DNA from: Callorhinchus milii
Taxonomy: Eukaryota
Direction of reading: 5' to 3'
Assembly: GCF_018977255.1 (NCBI RefSeq)
Contig: NW_024704742.1
Span: forward strand, 66,590,001 to 66,654,000
Length of the DNA: 64,000 nt
Of the stretch, positions 1 to 12,115 are shown one piece after another. Every line of letters begins with the position of its first letter. Position 1 is the first letter of the stretch. Below the pieces are notes generated by a model, which worked only from the letters and a program-made list of their open reading frames with translations, had not been told where the DNA came from and did no database searches. Made by a program: the position numbers and the translations under genes.

Positions 1-138
1 CGGACTGGCTCCCCACAAGGGTGCTGGAAGGTGAGGTAAAATAGATCATGGCGGGGCTCGGAAGCCAATCTCAGGGGAGCTTGGCAGCCAATCATACGGG
101 CACTCGTCTCACCCCCTCCCACTCTCTATTTTTTGGGG

Positions 139-208
139 GCAGCCGGAAACCCATCTCCAAGCTTAAGCGTATCCAAACCAAGCTGAGATTTCCATATATT
201 CCACCTAC
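139..208 (+). mobile_element. solo arm of MITE-like family (GGAAACCCATC..CTTAAG.GTATCCAAAC)
   Basis: Similar to 14930-15015, 41570-41682, 45058-45170 and 52801-53095. Confidence 0.6.
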
Positions 209-540
209 CCTCTCTCCATCTGTCTTTAAATCCTGCCAATTGCGCCTACCATCAACTTCCCCTCCTCCCCTGCTTGGCACCTGACCCCATCCCTTGTGAA
301 GTGCCCTGAGATGTTATCCCATATGAACAAATGCGAGTTGCACTTCTACATCAAATGCAAGTTTTTTGTTATTTAAAATTGTTTTTAGGCCAAGATCTGG
401 CAACCGCCCCCCATGAAATCTGAGTGTTCTTTGGGATCATTAAAGATTTTTGGGATCCACTAAAATAATGGTAATGATCCCAAACCCGGAGAACACAGGA
501 TCTGCACGTCTCTGTCAGATATTGGCTACAAAAGTCAAAA

Positions 541-615
541 GTTCCAGGTTACCAGAAAGACTGGACGAGGGAAGAGCTCTGGATTCATTTAAGAAACAGT
601 TTGATGCTGCAATGA
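541..615 (+). mobile_element. CR1 LINE 3' fragment
   Basis: Translates RLPERLDEGRALDSFKKQFDAAM, resembling the CR1 ORF2 C-terminus; similar to other CR1 pieces in the window. Confidence 0.6.
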
Positions 616-619
616 GAGA

Positions 620-789
620 TTTTAATGTCTCATCCAAAAGGCAGCACATCCAATAATGCAGCACTCCCCCAGCACCTCACTGGAGTGTCAACCGAAACTG
701 TGTGTGAGCTCCAAGTCCCGAACTAGGGCTTGAAATCACAACCTTCTGATTCAGATGGGAGAGTGCTACTGACAGAGCCAAGCTGACAC
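620..789 (-). mobile_element. Deu-domain SINE (SacSINE1-like), 5' half
   Basis: tRNA-like head GTGTCAGCTTGGCTC..TCAGAAGGTTGTG on the minus strand followed by the start of the Deu domain. Confidence 0.8.
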
Positions 790-799
790 ACCACTAGTG

Positions 800-1101
800 G
801 AAACCTTGGGCAAGTTTCCTTACTCCACATGCCTCTGTTTACCTAGCAGTAAGTAGGAACTCGGTTGTTACTTGATTGGCGGATTGCTTCTTTTGGGGGT
901 AATAATCTCTTCAAAATAAATAATAATGATTTGGTCACTCAATCTATGACTGTTTGTGGGACACTATTGTGCACAATTGGATGCCTCGATTTGCCCAGAA
1001 AATATACAGTCACTATACTTTACAATATATTCTGTGAAGCACTTTAAGTTGTCTTGAAGACATGATAAGGCATTATATCAAATGCAAGGATTATATTATT
1101 A
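800..1101 (+). mobile_element. CmiSINE-like SINE, long form, head truncated
   Basis: CCTTGGGCAAGTTTCCTTACTCCAC..CTGTTTACCTAGCAGTAAGTAGGAAC body, shared tail, (TTA)n end. Confidence 0.85.
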
Positions 1102-1290
1102 CAATGATTCCATTACTGCTACTCTGTATTGATGCCCGTTTCTTGTTACCAAGGTGATATTGACATATCACTTTGATATGTTCTGCATCAATGCAAGAGA
1201 GAGGAAAATTTCAACATTTAAGTTCACCTGCAAACATTCTCCACACATGGGGAGAAATTTGTGGGGAAGCATGGAGACAGAAAGGTAGAT

Positions 1291-1680
1291 CATGAGATTG
1301 GTTCAATTGAAGATGGCCCTTTGGCCCACCTGATCGCATCCCTCTAGAACACCCACCCTTTACGGAATCGAGCTGTTTTTTTTAATGAATCCAGTGTCCT
1401 GGCCTCAACCACTCTTCCTGGCAACTTGTTCCAGTCGTTAATTACCCTTTGGGTAATGAAACATTTCCTGTGTGTGACATGGAATTGCCCTTGGCTACTC
1501 AAAAACTTGCAATCTTTGTTCTAAAGCTTTAGCATTTGTGGAAGTATTGTTCTGGGTTTACTTTCTCAAACCCATTTGGACTCTTATACACCTCTATAAG
1601 GTCCCCACTGTGATGTCTATTTTCAAGTCTTGGTGAGCCCCAGCTTGGCTAATTGGTGCTCGAAGCTCATTCCTCTGGCG
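1291..1680 (-). mobile_element. CR1 LINE 3' fragment
   Basis: Minus strand carries RVINDWNKLP-like CR1 ORF2 C-terminal sequence plus 3' UTR; similar to 34430-35330, 45186-45375 and 49135-49345. Confidence 0.75.
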
Positions 1681-2257
1681 CAAAGGGTCACCCAAAGGGT
1701 TAAAACAAGCCGCCTGTTTGATCCCTTAGAACCGTGCAGTTTTGCACATGACAAAAGGGCTCTCATCAGTGGTGCTAATCCCAGGCCTGTTCTCCAGACG
1801 AGAAAGAAGAATCTAGGGCACTCTGAGGTCAGGACAATTAGGAGGGTGGGTGGGAGTGTGTTCGAGGGGGGGAGACAAAGCTGAAGTGCTTTTATTTTAT
1901 GATGGACAGATGCCTCGCCCGAGCACTGAGGTCACAGTAGAAGGTTTTTGGTCAGGACACAAAATAGTGTACGAACAATAAGAAAAAAGCTCGCTGTCGG
2001 CAAACACAATACAATTTTTTTCTGAAATGTGCAGGGACGGGCCCAGTCCTCTGTACGTAAATAGTTTCTGGGCCAATTCAAAGCATAAAGGCTGCTTCAG
2101 AGCCTGGAGCCAGATTGCGGGTTGGTTTCCCTTCGTACCTCCCTTCTGCTGCTTAGTTGAGATTAGTTCAGTCGTCTTTGTGCAGTGCTGGCCCAGACTG
2201 GGACTTGCATTCACTGAAAATGTCATGGTGCAGTGGCAGCTGAAAGGATTTCTTTTA

Positions 2258-2696
2258 CAATAATAATAATAATCCTTGCATTTGATATAGCCCCTTATCA
2301 TGTCTTTGAGACTTCTCAAAGCGTTTCACAGAATAATAATAATAATAATCCTTGCATTTTGATTTAGTGCCTTTTCACATCTTCTAGGCATTTCAAAGTG
2401 CTTAACAGAATATACTGTTAAGTGAATTGACTGTATATTTTGTGAACGAAATGTGGCAGCCAATTGTGCAGAGCAGTGTCCCAAAACAGTCGTGGATTGA
2501 GAGACCACATTTTTAAAAAAATATATTTTTATGGGATTATTACCCCTGGAAAGCGATCCACCAATCGGCTAACAACCGGGTTCCTACTTATTGCTAGGCC
2601 AACAGAGGCGTGCGGAGTAAGGAAACTTGCCTAACTTTTCACCCTGTCTGGGAATCAAACCCAGGTCCTCTCACTTGAGATGAGTGCTCTAACCAA
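2258..2696 (-). mobile_element. CmiSINE-like SINE, long form, plus an extra tail copy (2258-2332)
   Basis: Near-complete head, body and tail; two tandem (AAT)n-CCTTGCATTT tails. Confidence 0.85.
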
Positions 2697-3234
2697 TTTT
2701 TATATCAAAAGCCCCGCTGGAAGATAAAGGGTTCTACATAGCCTCAGGTTTCCTGCATCAAGGCTGCTTTTTTGCTTTTTGCATTAATTTTTTCACCCAC
2801 AAAATACACAGTCATTGCACTTTACAGTATATCCTGTGAAGCACTTTGAGACATCTCAAACGCCTCATTGAGCAATCTCAAAACGCTTCAAAAGATTTTA
2901 TTATTATTATTTTCCACTCGATGGGCTGAATGGCCTCCTCCCGTTCCTATGTTCCTAATTTAGCCTCTCCAACTCAGCAAAAATTGTGATTCGAACCAGT
3001 GAACTCCTGGCCCTGTAAATTGCAGCTCTATCCATTACATCATCAGGGATGCCCCAAAACCTATTTATTTATCTTCCCCCCTACTGCATTTTTCCCCATA
3101 ACCTTTTGCAGTTTTCCTTTTCAGATATTTGTCTAATTTCCTTTCAAAAGCTAATATACATTCTGCTTGTATACAACCATACTCCCTCATTCCCCACTTC
3201 CAGCATTTCAGAACGACCAGAATTTAGTAAATTA

Positions 3235-3375
3235 GGAATTACAAAGAATATACATCACAAAAACAGGCCACTCGGCCCAACCAGTCTGCGCCGGTGATTA
3301 TAATCCACACAAGTCTTCACCCATTCCTTACTCCCTCCATGACCTTTTATTCCCCTCTCCCTCATGTAAAGGTCC
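3235..3375 (-). mobile_element. CR1 3' UTR/tail fragment
   Basis: ACAGGCCACTCGGCCCAAC motif; reverse-complement similarity to 26023-26145. Confidence 0.6.
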
Positions 3376-3581
3376 AGCAATCCTGGAGAGAAATTTCAGC
3401 TGAAGCCAGATTTCCTCTATCATTTCTAACCTTTGTGTTTAAAATTGCATAACCTGTTCAGCATCGAAACAGTCCATTTGACCCAACAAGTCCATCCCGG
3501 GGGCTCTGCTCCACCAATACTTGTCCCCTTCTATTTGCTTCACCTTCATATATTAAGTTTCTTCTTAAATGCATTGATGTA

Positions 3582-3760
3582 TTGGTCACTGAATCCACGA
3601 CTGTTTGTGGACACTGCTGTGCGCAATTGTCTGTCACGTTTCGCCCACAAAATATACAGTCAATTCACTTTACAGTATATTCTACGAAGTGCTTTGAGAC
3701 GTCTCAAAGACATGAAAATGCACTATATCAAATACAAGGATTATTATTATTTATTATATT
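3582..3760 (+). mobile_element. SINE 3' tail fragment
   Basis: TGTTTGTGGACACTGCTGTGCGCAATTG..AAGGATTATTATT shared tail. Confidence 0.8.
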
Positions 3761-3800
3761 ATCTTTTTGAGTTTCTTGCCCAAGATGCAGCACGTGAGCA

Positions 3801-4308
3801 ACAGCCTGACCCAGTTGGTCTCACTCTTGCCTCTGAGTCAGAAGATCGTGGGTTCAAGCCCCACGTTGGGGTTTGGAGCTCATATTAGTCTAGACTGACA
3901 TGCCAATGCAGTGTTAGTGTTGCATTGTCGGAAATGCTGTCCTTCTGACCTTCGCTCCTGTTCAGGCGGAAGTGAAAGATTCCATGGCACTATTCAAAAA
4001 GAGAAGGGAGTTTTTCCTGATGTCCTGGCCAACAAACCTCCAACTAAAGTTGGTTTCCTCAATTGCATCTTTCTTCACCCGCCACCCCATCCTCCTTCCC
4101 CTCCTCCCAGTTTAATCTCCCACCTCAACTGTTCTGTTTCTGTCATTCCACTTCATGGCTGTTCATGTGACACAGCCGTGCGCAAACTGGCTCCTGTATT
4201 TACCTAAGCGGTTCACAATCACAACTCTTTACAGAAAATTTGTGAAGTGCTTTGAGACATTCTCAACGTTGTAAGCATTATTTTGAACACAAAGAATATT
4301 ATGATTAT
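3801..4308 (+). mobile_element. Deu-domain SINE, degenerate full length
   Basis: Head with B box GGTTCAAGCCC, AAAGATTCCATGGCACTATT Deu core, tail. Confidence 0.75.
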
Positions 4309-4351
4309 TCAAACTGTTGTCTTAAAATTATCTTATCTATTAAAATGTTGC

Positions 4352-4790
4352 CCCATCAGGTCTGGCCAGGCTCCACTGACTCCCCATCACTGAACAGATC
4401 AACTTCAAGATCCTCACACTTGTGTTCAAATCCCTTCACTCCCTGGCACCTCCCTACCTCTCCAACCTCCTCACTCCCCAATCCACCCCCCGGCACCTCG
4501 GCTTGACTGGCACCGATCTCCTGCTCGTCCATCGCACCCTCTGCTCCACCATCGGAGGTCACGCTTTCAGCCAACATGCCCCAAAACTCTGTAACGCTCT
4601 CCCTCAATCCCTCTGCCTTGCCCCCACTCTCCCATCTTTCAAATTCCGCCTGAAAACTTTTCTCTTCGACCATGCTTATAGCCACCACCCCTCTTCCCCT
4701 GGCTCAGTCAGGTTCTGCCACTGTTAAGCGCTCTGAGACTCTACTCTGCGTGGAGGGCGCTATATAAGTGCAAGTTGCTGTTGTTTTTGT
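4352..4790 (+). mobile_element. L2 LINE 3' end
   Basis: ORF FKSLHSLAPPYLSNLL..AFSQHAPKLCNALP..FKFRLKTFLF is a typical L2 ORF2 C-terminus; GCGCTATATAA and (TTG) tail. Confidence 0.85.
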
Positions 4791-5084
4791 AAAATTGTCT
4801 TCCAAGTTTAACATTGGGAAGAATTTTCAAAAGAATCTTAGTCTTAACTCAGAAGCCAATTTTCCACAGTTCTTTTTCAGCTACTATGGAAATTTACAAG
4901 CAGCAGCCTTAAATACCACCAGAGAACTATTAATATCCAAGCGGATTATCCTCCCACTGAAATCCCTGAGGCATTGTTTGTGTGTTCAGAGGAAGCACGA
5001 GAGACATCAAGGTTCACTGCCCTTAGGAATGATAGGATACTGAGCAGAAAGTAGTCTTTCCTCTGTCTTCGACTCAGTAGCTAA

Positions 5085-5493
5085 ATAATAATTATCTTTG
5101 CATTTGATACAATGCCTTATCATATGACGTCTCAAAGGCCTTCACAGGATTTACAGCAAACTGCAGTGAATGTATTTTGTTTGTGAATGTGGCAGCACAC
5201 AGCAGTATCCCACAAACAGCCATGAAGTGAGTGACCAATTTTATCTGGGGTATTGTTGGCCAGGACATCAGGAGAAACTTTCTTCTCTTCTCATATAGTG
5301 CCATGGGATCTTTAACATCTACATGAACAGACAGATGGTTTAATGAAGGACGGCACCTCTGACATTGCAGCGTTCTCCCAGCTATGCATAGGAGTGTCAG
5401 CCTGGACCGTGAGTTCAAAGTCCTAAAGTGGGGCTTGAACCCACAGTGTTCTGTTTCAGAGGCGAAAGTGCTACCAGCTGAGCCAGACTGACA
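5085..5493 (-). mobile_element. Deu-domain SINE, full length
   Basis: Head, Deu core (GTTAAAGATCCCATGGCACT on minus) and tail all present. Confidence 0.85.
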
Positions 5494-5844
5494 TCTGGAA
5501 GAGAACTATGAAATGTATGCTAATGAAACTCTCAACTTATTCTCCAACCCAGGTGGAAATTGGATGTAAAACTATCTGAATGTCCATGAATCCCCCATAT
5601 GAACAGAAAGACGCCTCTGCGCTTAATAGCAAGTTAGTTCATTAGTAAGAGGAAGCTCAGTCAAAACTGAGGCAAGAATATAACAACACAATACTTTGCA
5701 TATATAGAGCACCTTTCACCTAAACACTGGAACTGCCTGCCACAATACCTCCACCTTGCCCCCTCCTCACCTTTCTTTAGATCGAACCCTTCTACTCTAA
5801 ACTACGGCATTATTCAGTGCTTCGAGGCACTACCCCGTGTGAAG

Positions 5845-6230
5845 GGAGCTAACAAATGCAAACTGTCATTAAATATCTCAAAGCACTTCCCAGAGATGGA
5901 GAGGGGAACTCTCAAGCCAGTGGGAGATTGGGGGTGTAGAGGGAGCTGAACAAAAGACGCAGCTAAAAAGGTAGTTTTTTTGAAGGATTTGGTAAGCGGA
6001 GAGAGAATGAGAGAGAAAGGATACAAAATGGAATGATTTATGGAGAGAGTACCACAGTGAGAGGGCAAAGTGGGTGAAGGCTTGTCTACTGGTGATGGGG
6101 TGGAGGGCATTGGGGACATGGAGCAGGCCTGACTTGGCAGAGCAGAGGGAAGGGGAGTAGAACCATGGGAGATCACAGAGGTGGGGAGTGGGAAAGGGCG
6201 TGGAGACATTTAAAAGAGAGCAGGAGTTCA
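5845..6230 (-). mobile_element. L2 LINE 3' end, degenerate
   Basis: Minus ORF RQAFTHFALSLWYSL..KNYLF resembles the L2 C-terminus. Confidence 0.65.
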
Positions 6231-6442
6231 TGTAAAGTTGGGGGAGTATTTATCCTCAGAGCTCAACCACTTGTGGAATTTAATGTTGTGATACTCAGAG
6301 AAACCATACTGCCTTCAAGGCAGAGCGTAAAATAAAATATAATTGTGTGCTTACAATGGCTCTGGAATCTGTTACTGAGCGTCGCTATTTTATAACATAA
6401 AATGGCTCAGTGTGGTTCCGGTCTGCTCTCGTGGTTATAAGA

Positions 6443-6760
6443 TAATAATAATCCCAGTATTTTGTATAGCGCCTTTCACATCAGATTGACGTCACAAAGT
6501 GCTTCATGGGATATACGGTAAGGTGACATGTATTTGTAATATATATATAGCATATATATATATTTAGCATATATATATATATACATGCAATGTAGTGTAG
6601 TGACCGTGTGTGTTTTGTGGGTGAACAGCCATATGATATTAAAACACTATATTATTTTGTTCGCCCACAAAATACACAATCACTGCACTTAACAGTATAT
6701 TCTGCGAAGCACTTTGAGACTTCTCGACAAGCCCTATATCAAATGCACAAATTATTATAG
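6443..6760. mobile_element. two oppositely oriented SINE tails with (TA)n microsatellite
   Basis: Minus tail 6443-6630 containing (AT)n at 6537-6582; plus tail 6655-6760. Confidence 0.65.
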
Positions 6761-6914
6761 ATATATATGCTGTATATATAATTCTATGATTCTATGATAT
6801 CTTGGTCTCTGGCTGTGGGGAGTTATGCGGGTAGTATTCTGATATATCATTTGTGTCACGGGCAATTTATCTAAACGTTAATGGGATGCATGTCTCCAAC
6901 AACTTAAATGTCAG

Positions 6915-7280
6915 CCCAAGTCCTTTTTAATATATACATGCTCCCGGTCGGCGATATCATCCGCAGGCATGGGATTAACTTCTGCCTCCATCCTCAACTT
7001 CACTGCTGTCCTGACAAATTGTCTGTCAGACATCAAGTCCTAAATGAGAGCCAATTTCCTACATTTGAATGTCAACAAACCGAAGCCCTCCTGATTGGTT
7101 TCTATCAGCGCCTCCACACTGCAGGCACTGGCAGCATCACTATTCATGGATGTACTCTGCCTCAGCAAATTACTACGGAACCTTGGTGTCTTGTTTGACC
7201 CTCAATTATCCTTGAAATCCACATCCATGCTATTACCCATTCTGCCTTACCCCACTTCCGCAACATTGCCAGCCTCCACC
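6915..7280 (+). mobile_element. L2 LINE internal RT-region fragment
   Basis: LFNIYMLPVGDIIRRHGINF, TEALLIG and RNLGVLFD motifs of L2 ORF2, frameshifted. Confidence 0.8.
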
Positions 7281-7289
7281 ACTATGGAA

Positions 7290-7808
7290 ATCACAGTTCA
7301 GGCTGATACTCTGGTACAGTGCTGGGGGAGTACTGCATTGTCAGAGTTTCTGTACTTCAGTTTAGATGTTAAACTGAGCCCCCATCTGCTTGTTTTTCAG
7401 GTAGATGTGCTGGGGGCAGGGAATCTTCCCACTCGGCTCATGTTAACCCTGATAGCCAAAGCCCAAATGGGTAGGGTGCTCCAAGCTAGACAGAGAGGAA
7501 AGAATGAGCCTGCCTTCAAAACTCTTCCAAACTCCTGTCACTTTGTGTGTAGTTCAGGCAAATCCAAGATCCCAACTGTGCCTCTTCAGATGGACATTAA
7601 AGATCCCACGCCACTACTTTTGAAAAGTGTTTCTCTCTGTGTCCTGGCCAACAGTCCCGCAAATAAAATTGGCCATGCACTTCATGGCTGTTTGTGGGAC
7701 ATTGCTGGCTGCAAATTGGCTGCCACATTCTGCCTACAAATTGTATGCTTTGAGATGTCCTCCTGATGCATAAGGCTCTATATAGAATGCAAGAATTATT
7801 ATTATTAT
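7290..7808 (+). mobile_element. Deu-domain SINE interrupted at ~7410-7560
   Basis: Deu core and tail resume after an unrelated insert. Confidence 0.75.
7410..7560 (-). repeat. unclassified dispersed repeat, partial copy
   Basis: Reverse complement CAGGGTTAACATGAGCCGAGTGGGAAGATTCCCTGCCCCCAG resembles 53286-53328. Confidence 0.6.
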
Positions 7809-8206
7809 CTTCGTATGCTGCCTGCCCTATTCCTACTTTGTCTGGTGAAATGCAGTGAGACCCGAACGTCCCATCTGAAAGACACTGCAGGAGTGCAAGT
7901 TGTTGACCACAGTCCAAGGGAGGTTTGAAGATTGAACACAGAATCTTTCTCTTCTTATTCATTTGGGATAAATGCTTGTATAAGAGGACCCTGAGGCACT
8001 GGAAAGAGCTCAGAAAGGAAGATTCCAAAGCTCTCAGTTACAAGTATATACAATCAATGCTAAACTTGCTTGGCCTGGAGAAAGAAAAGACAGGATGCTG
8101 AAGATGCTAAGAGGTAAATAGGTATCAGAGTGCCTCAGTTGGTAGTGCACTTGCCTCTGAGTCAGAAGGCTGTGGTTTCTGGATGAGAAACAGTTTCAAA
8201 CCAGCA

Positions 8207-8415
8207 CAAGTTGCATTGCATTGGAGTTGGGAGCAAACTGGCTCAGTTTCACATCCAACATCTCCCTCTAGTGGCTAACCCTAAACTGCAATTACAGGGT
8301 GATTTGTTAGGGACTGGGTATCTGCGTGTGTTAGACACCCGGCTGACACATGCGCATGTGGTGAACATAGAGACAAAGACACATTTGAAAACTCCCAACT
8401 CAAACATGCAACTTG
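8207..8415. mobile_element. decayed MITE-like element with terminal inverted repeats
   Basis: CAAGTTGCAT..GAGTTGGGAG (8207-8233) is inverted to CTCCCAACTC..ATGCAACTTG (8392-8415). Confidence 0.45.
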
Positions 8416-8512
8416 CATAAAAGGTTTGCACTGCAACAGCATTATCATAGCGCCTGCGGAAATATGAGGTGAAAATTTAAATATCCATTGCCTTTCAAGT
8501 CAGAAGGACAGC

Positions 8513-8770
8513 TCAAAGCACTGTAAGGTCCAGGATTGTGCATTAATGAGTGAATGCGGCAGCCAATTTGTGCACATCAATATCCAACAAACAGTCATGA
8601 AGTGAAGAACTGATTTTATTTATTTAGCGAAGAAACTCCTTTCTCTTTTCAAGTAGCACCCTGGGATCTTGAATATCCACCTGAACAGGTAGACAGGACT
8701 GTGGTTTAATGTCTTGTCCAAAGGATGGCACCTCAGGCAATGTAGAAAACCCCCAGCATTGCACTGGACT
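8513..8770 (-). mobile_element. Deu-domain SINE fragment
   Basis: Degenerate Deu core and tail. Confidence 0.7.
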
Positions 8771-9187
8771 GAAGTATCACCCTGGCCCATCTAAGGACAA
8801 AGTCCCTAAACTACCCATGGATGGTGCTATAGAGTGACCAGGTGCAGGTTGGTTTTCGCTTTGCTCCTGGGATGGTTGGGGCCAATTTAGTCTCCCATTC
8901 ACATTGACTGAGTCCAGCAAACTCAATACGGACTGGAATTCGAACCACTCCAAACTTTCATCCTGAGGGATTTGTTTCTGAGACAGACTTCTCAGCTGGC
9001 TGAGAGAGATAGATCCACCCAGAGAGCCAACGACAGGTTCTGTGCAGAACTTATTGATCAGGGCAGTGGTGACAAGTTCATTGTCACCGTCCATACACAG
9101 CCTGTGGCTGTTTCCTCTGTCCCTAACAGATTTGTCCTTAAGTGTCAGACCCTCAACTGGTCGACGATTTTTGCTGAGCCTGAGCCA

Positions 9188-9620
9188 GTGTTAGCCTGGC
9201 TCAATGGAATCACTCTCACCTCTGAATCAGAAGGTTGTGGGTTCAAGCCGCAAGTTGGGACTTGGAATCACATAGTCTTAATTGACCCTCTAATGCAGTG
9301 CCAAAAATGTGTTGCATGATCGGAGGTACCGTCCTTTGGATTAGATGTGAAACCGAGGTCCCGTTTGCCTGTTCAGATGGACGTTAAAGATCCCATGGCA
9401 TTATTCAAAAAGAGAAGGGAATTTCTCCTGGTATCCTGTCCAACAAATAAAATTGGTCACTCACTCTATGGCTGTTTGTGGGACATTGCTGTGTGCAAAC
9501 TGACTGCCGGGTTTCGTCCACAAAATGCACTGTCACTTCACTTTACAGTATATCTTGTGAAGTGCTTTAAAACATCTCAGTGATGTGATAAGGCACTATA
9601 TCAAAATCCAGGAATTATTA
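9188..9620 (+). mobile_element. Deu-domain SINE, full length
   Basis: A box TGGCTCAATGG, B box GGTTCAAGCC, GATGTGAAACCGAGGTCCC..GTTAAAGATCCCATGGCA core, tail. Confidence 0.9.
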
Positions 9621-9679
9621 AGCCCTCCTCTTGTCACATAAGGATCGCTAAGTGTCCTGATCTGAGGCCTGAAATCTAT

Positions 9680-10008
9680 AATAATAATAATAGTAATTAT
9701 TGTATTTTATACAGTGCCTTTCAATGGGGAGGATATCTCAAAGTGCTTCGCAGGATTTCCTGTAATGTGTGGTGACTTTTTTGTTGGCGAACTCAGCAGT
9801 CAATTTGTGCACAGCAAAGCCCCACAAACAGCCACAGTGAGTGATCAGTTTTATTTGGGGGATTGTTGGACAGAACATCGGGAGAAATTCCCTTCTCTTT
9901 TTGAATAGTGCCACTGGATCTTTACTGTTTACCTGAACAGGCAGACATTTAACATTTCACTTAGACCGTGAGTTCAAAGTGCTGATGTTGTGCTTGAACC
10001 CACAACTT
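9680..10008 (-). mobile_element. Deu-domain SINE with internal deletion
   Basis: Tail, partial core, partial head. Confidence 0.75.
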
Positions 10009-10088
10009 TGTTACGTACAATGATGGNTTTCCACATGTTCACACGCCCAGCTGCTCAAAGAAAAATATTATTGGAAGTGTATGTAATC

Positions 10089-10550
10089 TTGATTTCAAGA
10101 TCCTCATCCTCACCTACAAGGCCATTTAAGGCCTTGCTCTCTCCAACCTACTATCCCCCTACCTACCTGCCCGTACCCTCCGTTCCTCCGGCTCCGGTCT
10201 GCTCCACATCCCCCGCCCCAACCGCCCTACCATCGGTGGTTGGGCCTTCAGCCTCTCAGCCCCGAGGCTCTGGAACTCTATCCCCCAGTGCCTTCGCCGC
10301 TTCCTCCCTTTCCTCCTTCAAGGCCGGTCTCAAAACCTTTCTCTTTGACCGAGCCTTCAGCTCCCCTCTCGACTCTCTTCCCCCTCCTCGCTCCCTCCCT
10401 TCCCTCCCCTCACCCTGACCATTTCCCCCTGCTCGGGTCATGACCCAACTGTGCAGCGCCTTGGGACGTCCTCCCGACGTGAAAAGCGCTTTATAAATGG
10501 AATCTTGTTGTTGTTGTTGTTGTTGTTGTTGTTGCTGCTGTTGTTGTTGT
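10089..10550 (+). mobile_element. L2 LINE 3' end with long (TTG)n tail, young-looking
   Basis: SSFKAGLKTFLFDRAF; tail GCGCCTTGGGACGTCCTCCCGACGTGAAAAGCGC; (TTG)n 10505-10550; CpGs retained. Confidence 0.9.
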
Positions 10551-10699
10551 GAACAGGTAATGGACACCACCTGGGTTTAGCTCTTAGCTACAGAGTAACT
10601 TACAGCTTCACTTCCTGATCTCATTTCAGTTAATTACCTGTAAAGAAAGCACTTTGTGATGATCCCACACTAAAGGTACTATAAACTGCAAGTTTCATT

Positions 10700-11000
10700 T
10701 TTCGCCCACAAAATAAAGTCAATTCCCTTGCACCATATTCTGTGAAGCGCTTTGAGACGTCTCAATGACATGATAAGGCGCTATATCAAATGCAAGGATT
10801 ATTATTGTTATTATTAAGTGTCAGCCTGGCTCAGTTGATAGCTCTCTCGCCAGTAGTGTCCCACAAACAGTCAAAATCCTGTGAATAATAATAATAATTC
10901 TTGTATTTGATACAGCGATTTTCATGTCTTCTAGAGGTCTCAAAGCGTTTCACAGAATATGCTGTAAAGTGAATTGACTGTATACTTGTGGGCGAATATT
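10700..11000. mobile_element. cluster of SINE tail and head fragments in both orientations
   Basis: Plus tail 10700-10816, Deu head 10818-10850, minus tail 10884-11000. Confidence 0.7.
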
Positions 11001-11239
11001 TTGTGAATTATTTGTGAAGCGCTTGCTTTGAGACATTCCCCATCCACACACCCCTGCTTAGAATAAAATAATAACAATGCTTATATTTCAGAACCTGTAA
11101 GGTGCTATAAGAAATATAAGCGTTGTTATTTGTTAAAAGTACAGCCAAGCACATGTGGGGTTAGCACAAAGCATATGGCCACTGGGTGGCAGCAAAGGAT
11201 ATGAAACAAACAACCTCCTCCCCGGACAACTGAGTTGAG

Positions 11240-11640
11240 AGCATTAGAAAGTATGGTACAAGTGAAGGCCATTTAGTTTATCGCAACTATCCCTTGCAGC
11301 AGACCACATATAATGTGCCCCATCACACACTCTATCCTACTTAGGTAATGTCCTGGGGCAGGTGAGCAACCTCAGGTAAAAGTGGCAATTGAGATAAAGC
11401 TCTGTGAAATTTCACATGACCTCTGAAGTTAATAGAGTGAGACTCCGAGATCTCTGTATACTAACGCTATAATCCACATCATTCATCCCGGCTAGCTGCA
11501 GCTGCAGATGGATTTCCATGGTCCTGGCCGGAGTGCCCCACAGAGTATTTGATCGTCTGTCTGTACGTATCCCTCTAACCTTCAATCCCATCCCCAGACT
11601 CCCGGTTAAAGCAGTTCATGCTCCCACGATTAACTCCTCT
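11240..11640 (-). mobile_element. possible old CR1-type 3' end
   Basis: GAAGGCCATTTAG terminal motif and CAGTTCATGCTCCCACGATTAACTCCTCT resembling CR1 RVINxWN-coding sequence on minus. Confidence 0.4.
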
Positions 11641-12115
11641 TAAAAAGAGCTGGATGAGGCCCTGATTGAGAATGTGATTCAGGGTTTGGAAGGATAACCT
11701 ACAGATAGGGGTGATGGAAAAGCTGTGAAAGGCGATGGATGGTGTGTGAGCCACCGTGACTGAGGTGTGCAGCCTGGGGAATGGAGAACCACCATTAAGG
11801 GCTTCACTCTCAGCGACAGTGCACAGCGTCAAAGTTACTCCCACTCCCCCCACCCCAGGCCTTCATGACACCGGTACCTGTGAGATACCTACAAGTAAAG
11901 AAATCCATCAAAACATACTTCTTTACCTCCCTTTTGGTCATCTTTGCGCGCCTTTTGCTCAGGTCACACCCGAGCACTTTGCGACTTCCTCCTAACTTGA
12001 TAGGTGCTATATAAATGTCGGCTGTATTGTATTGTGCAGCCACTCAGCCCTTTGTGTCAATATGACGTTAAAACAGGATATTATTGATAACAAGTTATTA
12101 TTATTTATTTCCTTT

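Noticed and set aside
60..95. promoter with two CCAAT boxes
   Set aside because: No TATA/Inr, CpG island or downstream exon; context truncated at the window edge
7095..7766. longest ORF (223 aa) as a gene
   Set aside because: Chance read-through across an L2 fragment, a Deu-SINE and an unclassified repeat
9347..9583. recurring small protein family (MDVKDPMALF.., CLWDIAVC.., IKCKDYYY)
   Set aside because: Translations of non-coding SINE copies, not paralogous genes
10027..10027. ambiguous base N (also at 32312)
   Set aside because: Assembly ambiguity, not biology; local junctions near these positions should be treated with caution
10256..10570. poly-Q protein ORF
   Set aside because: It is the reverse reading of the (TTG)n tail of an L2 element
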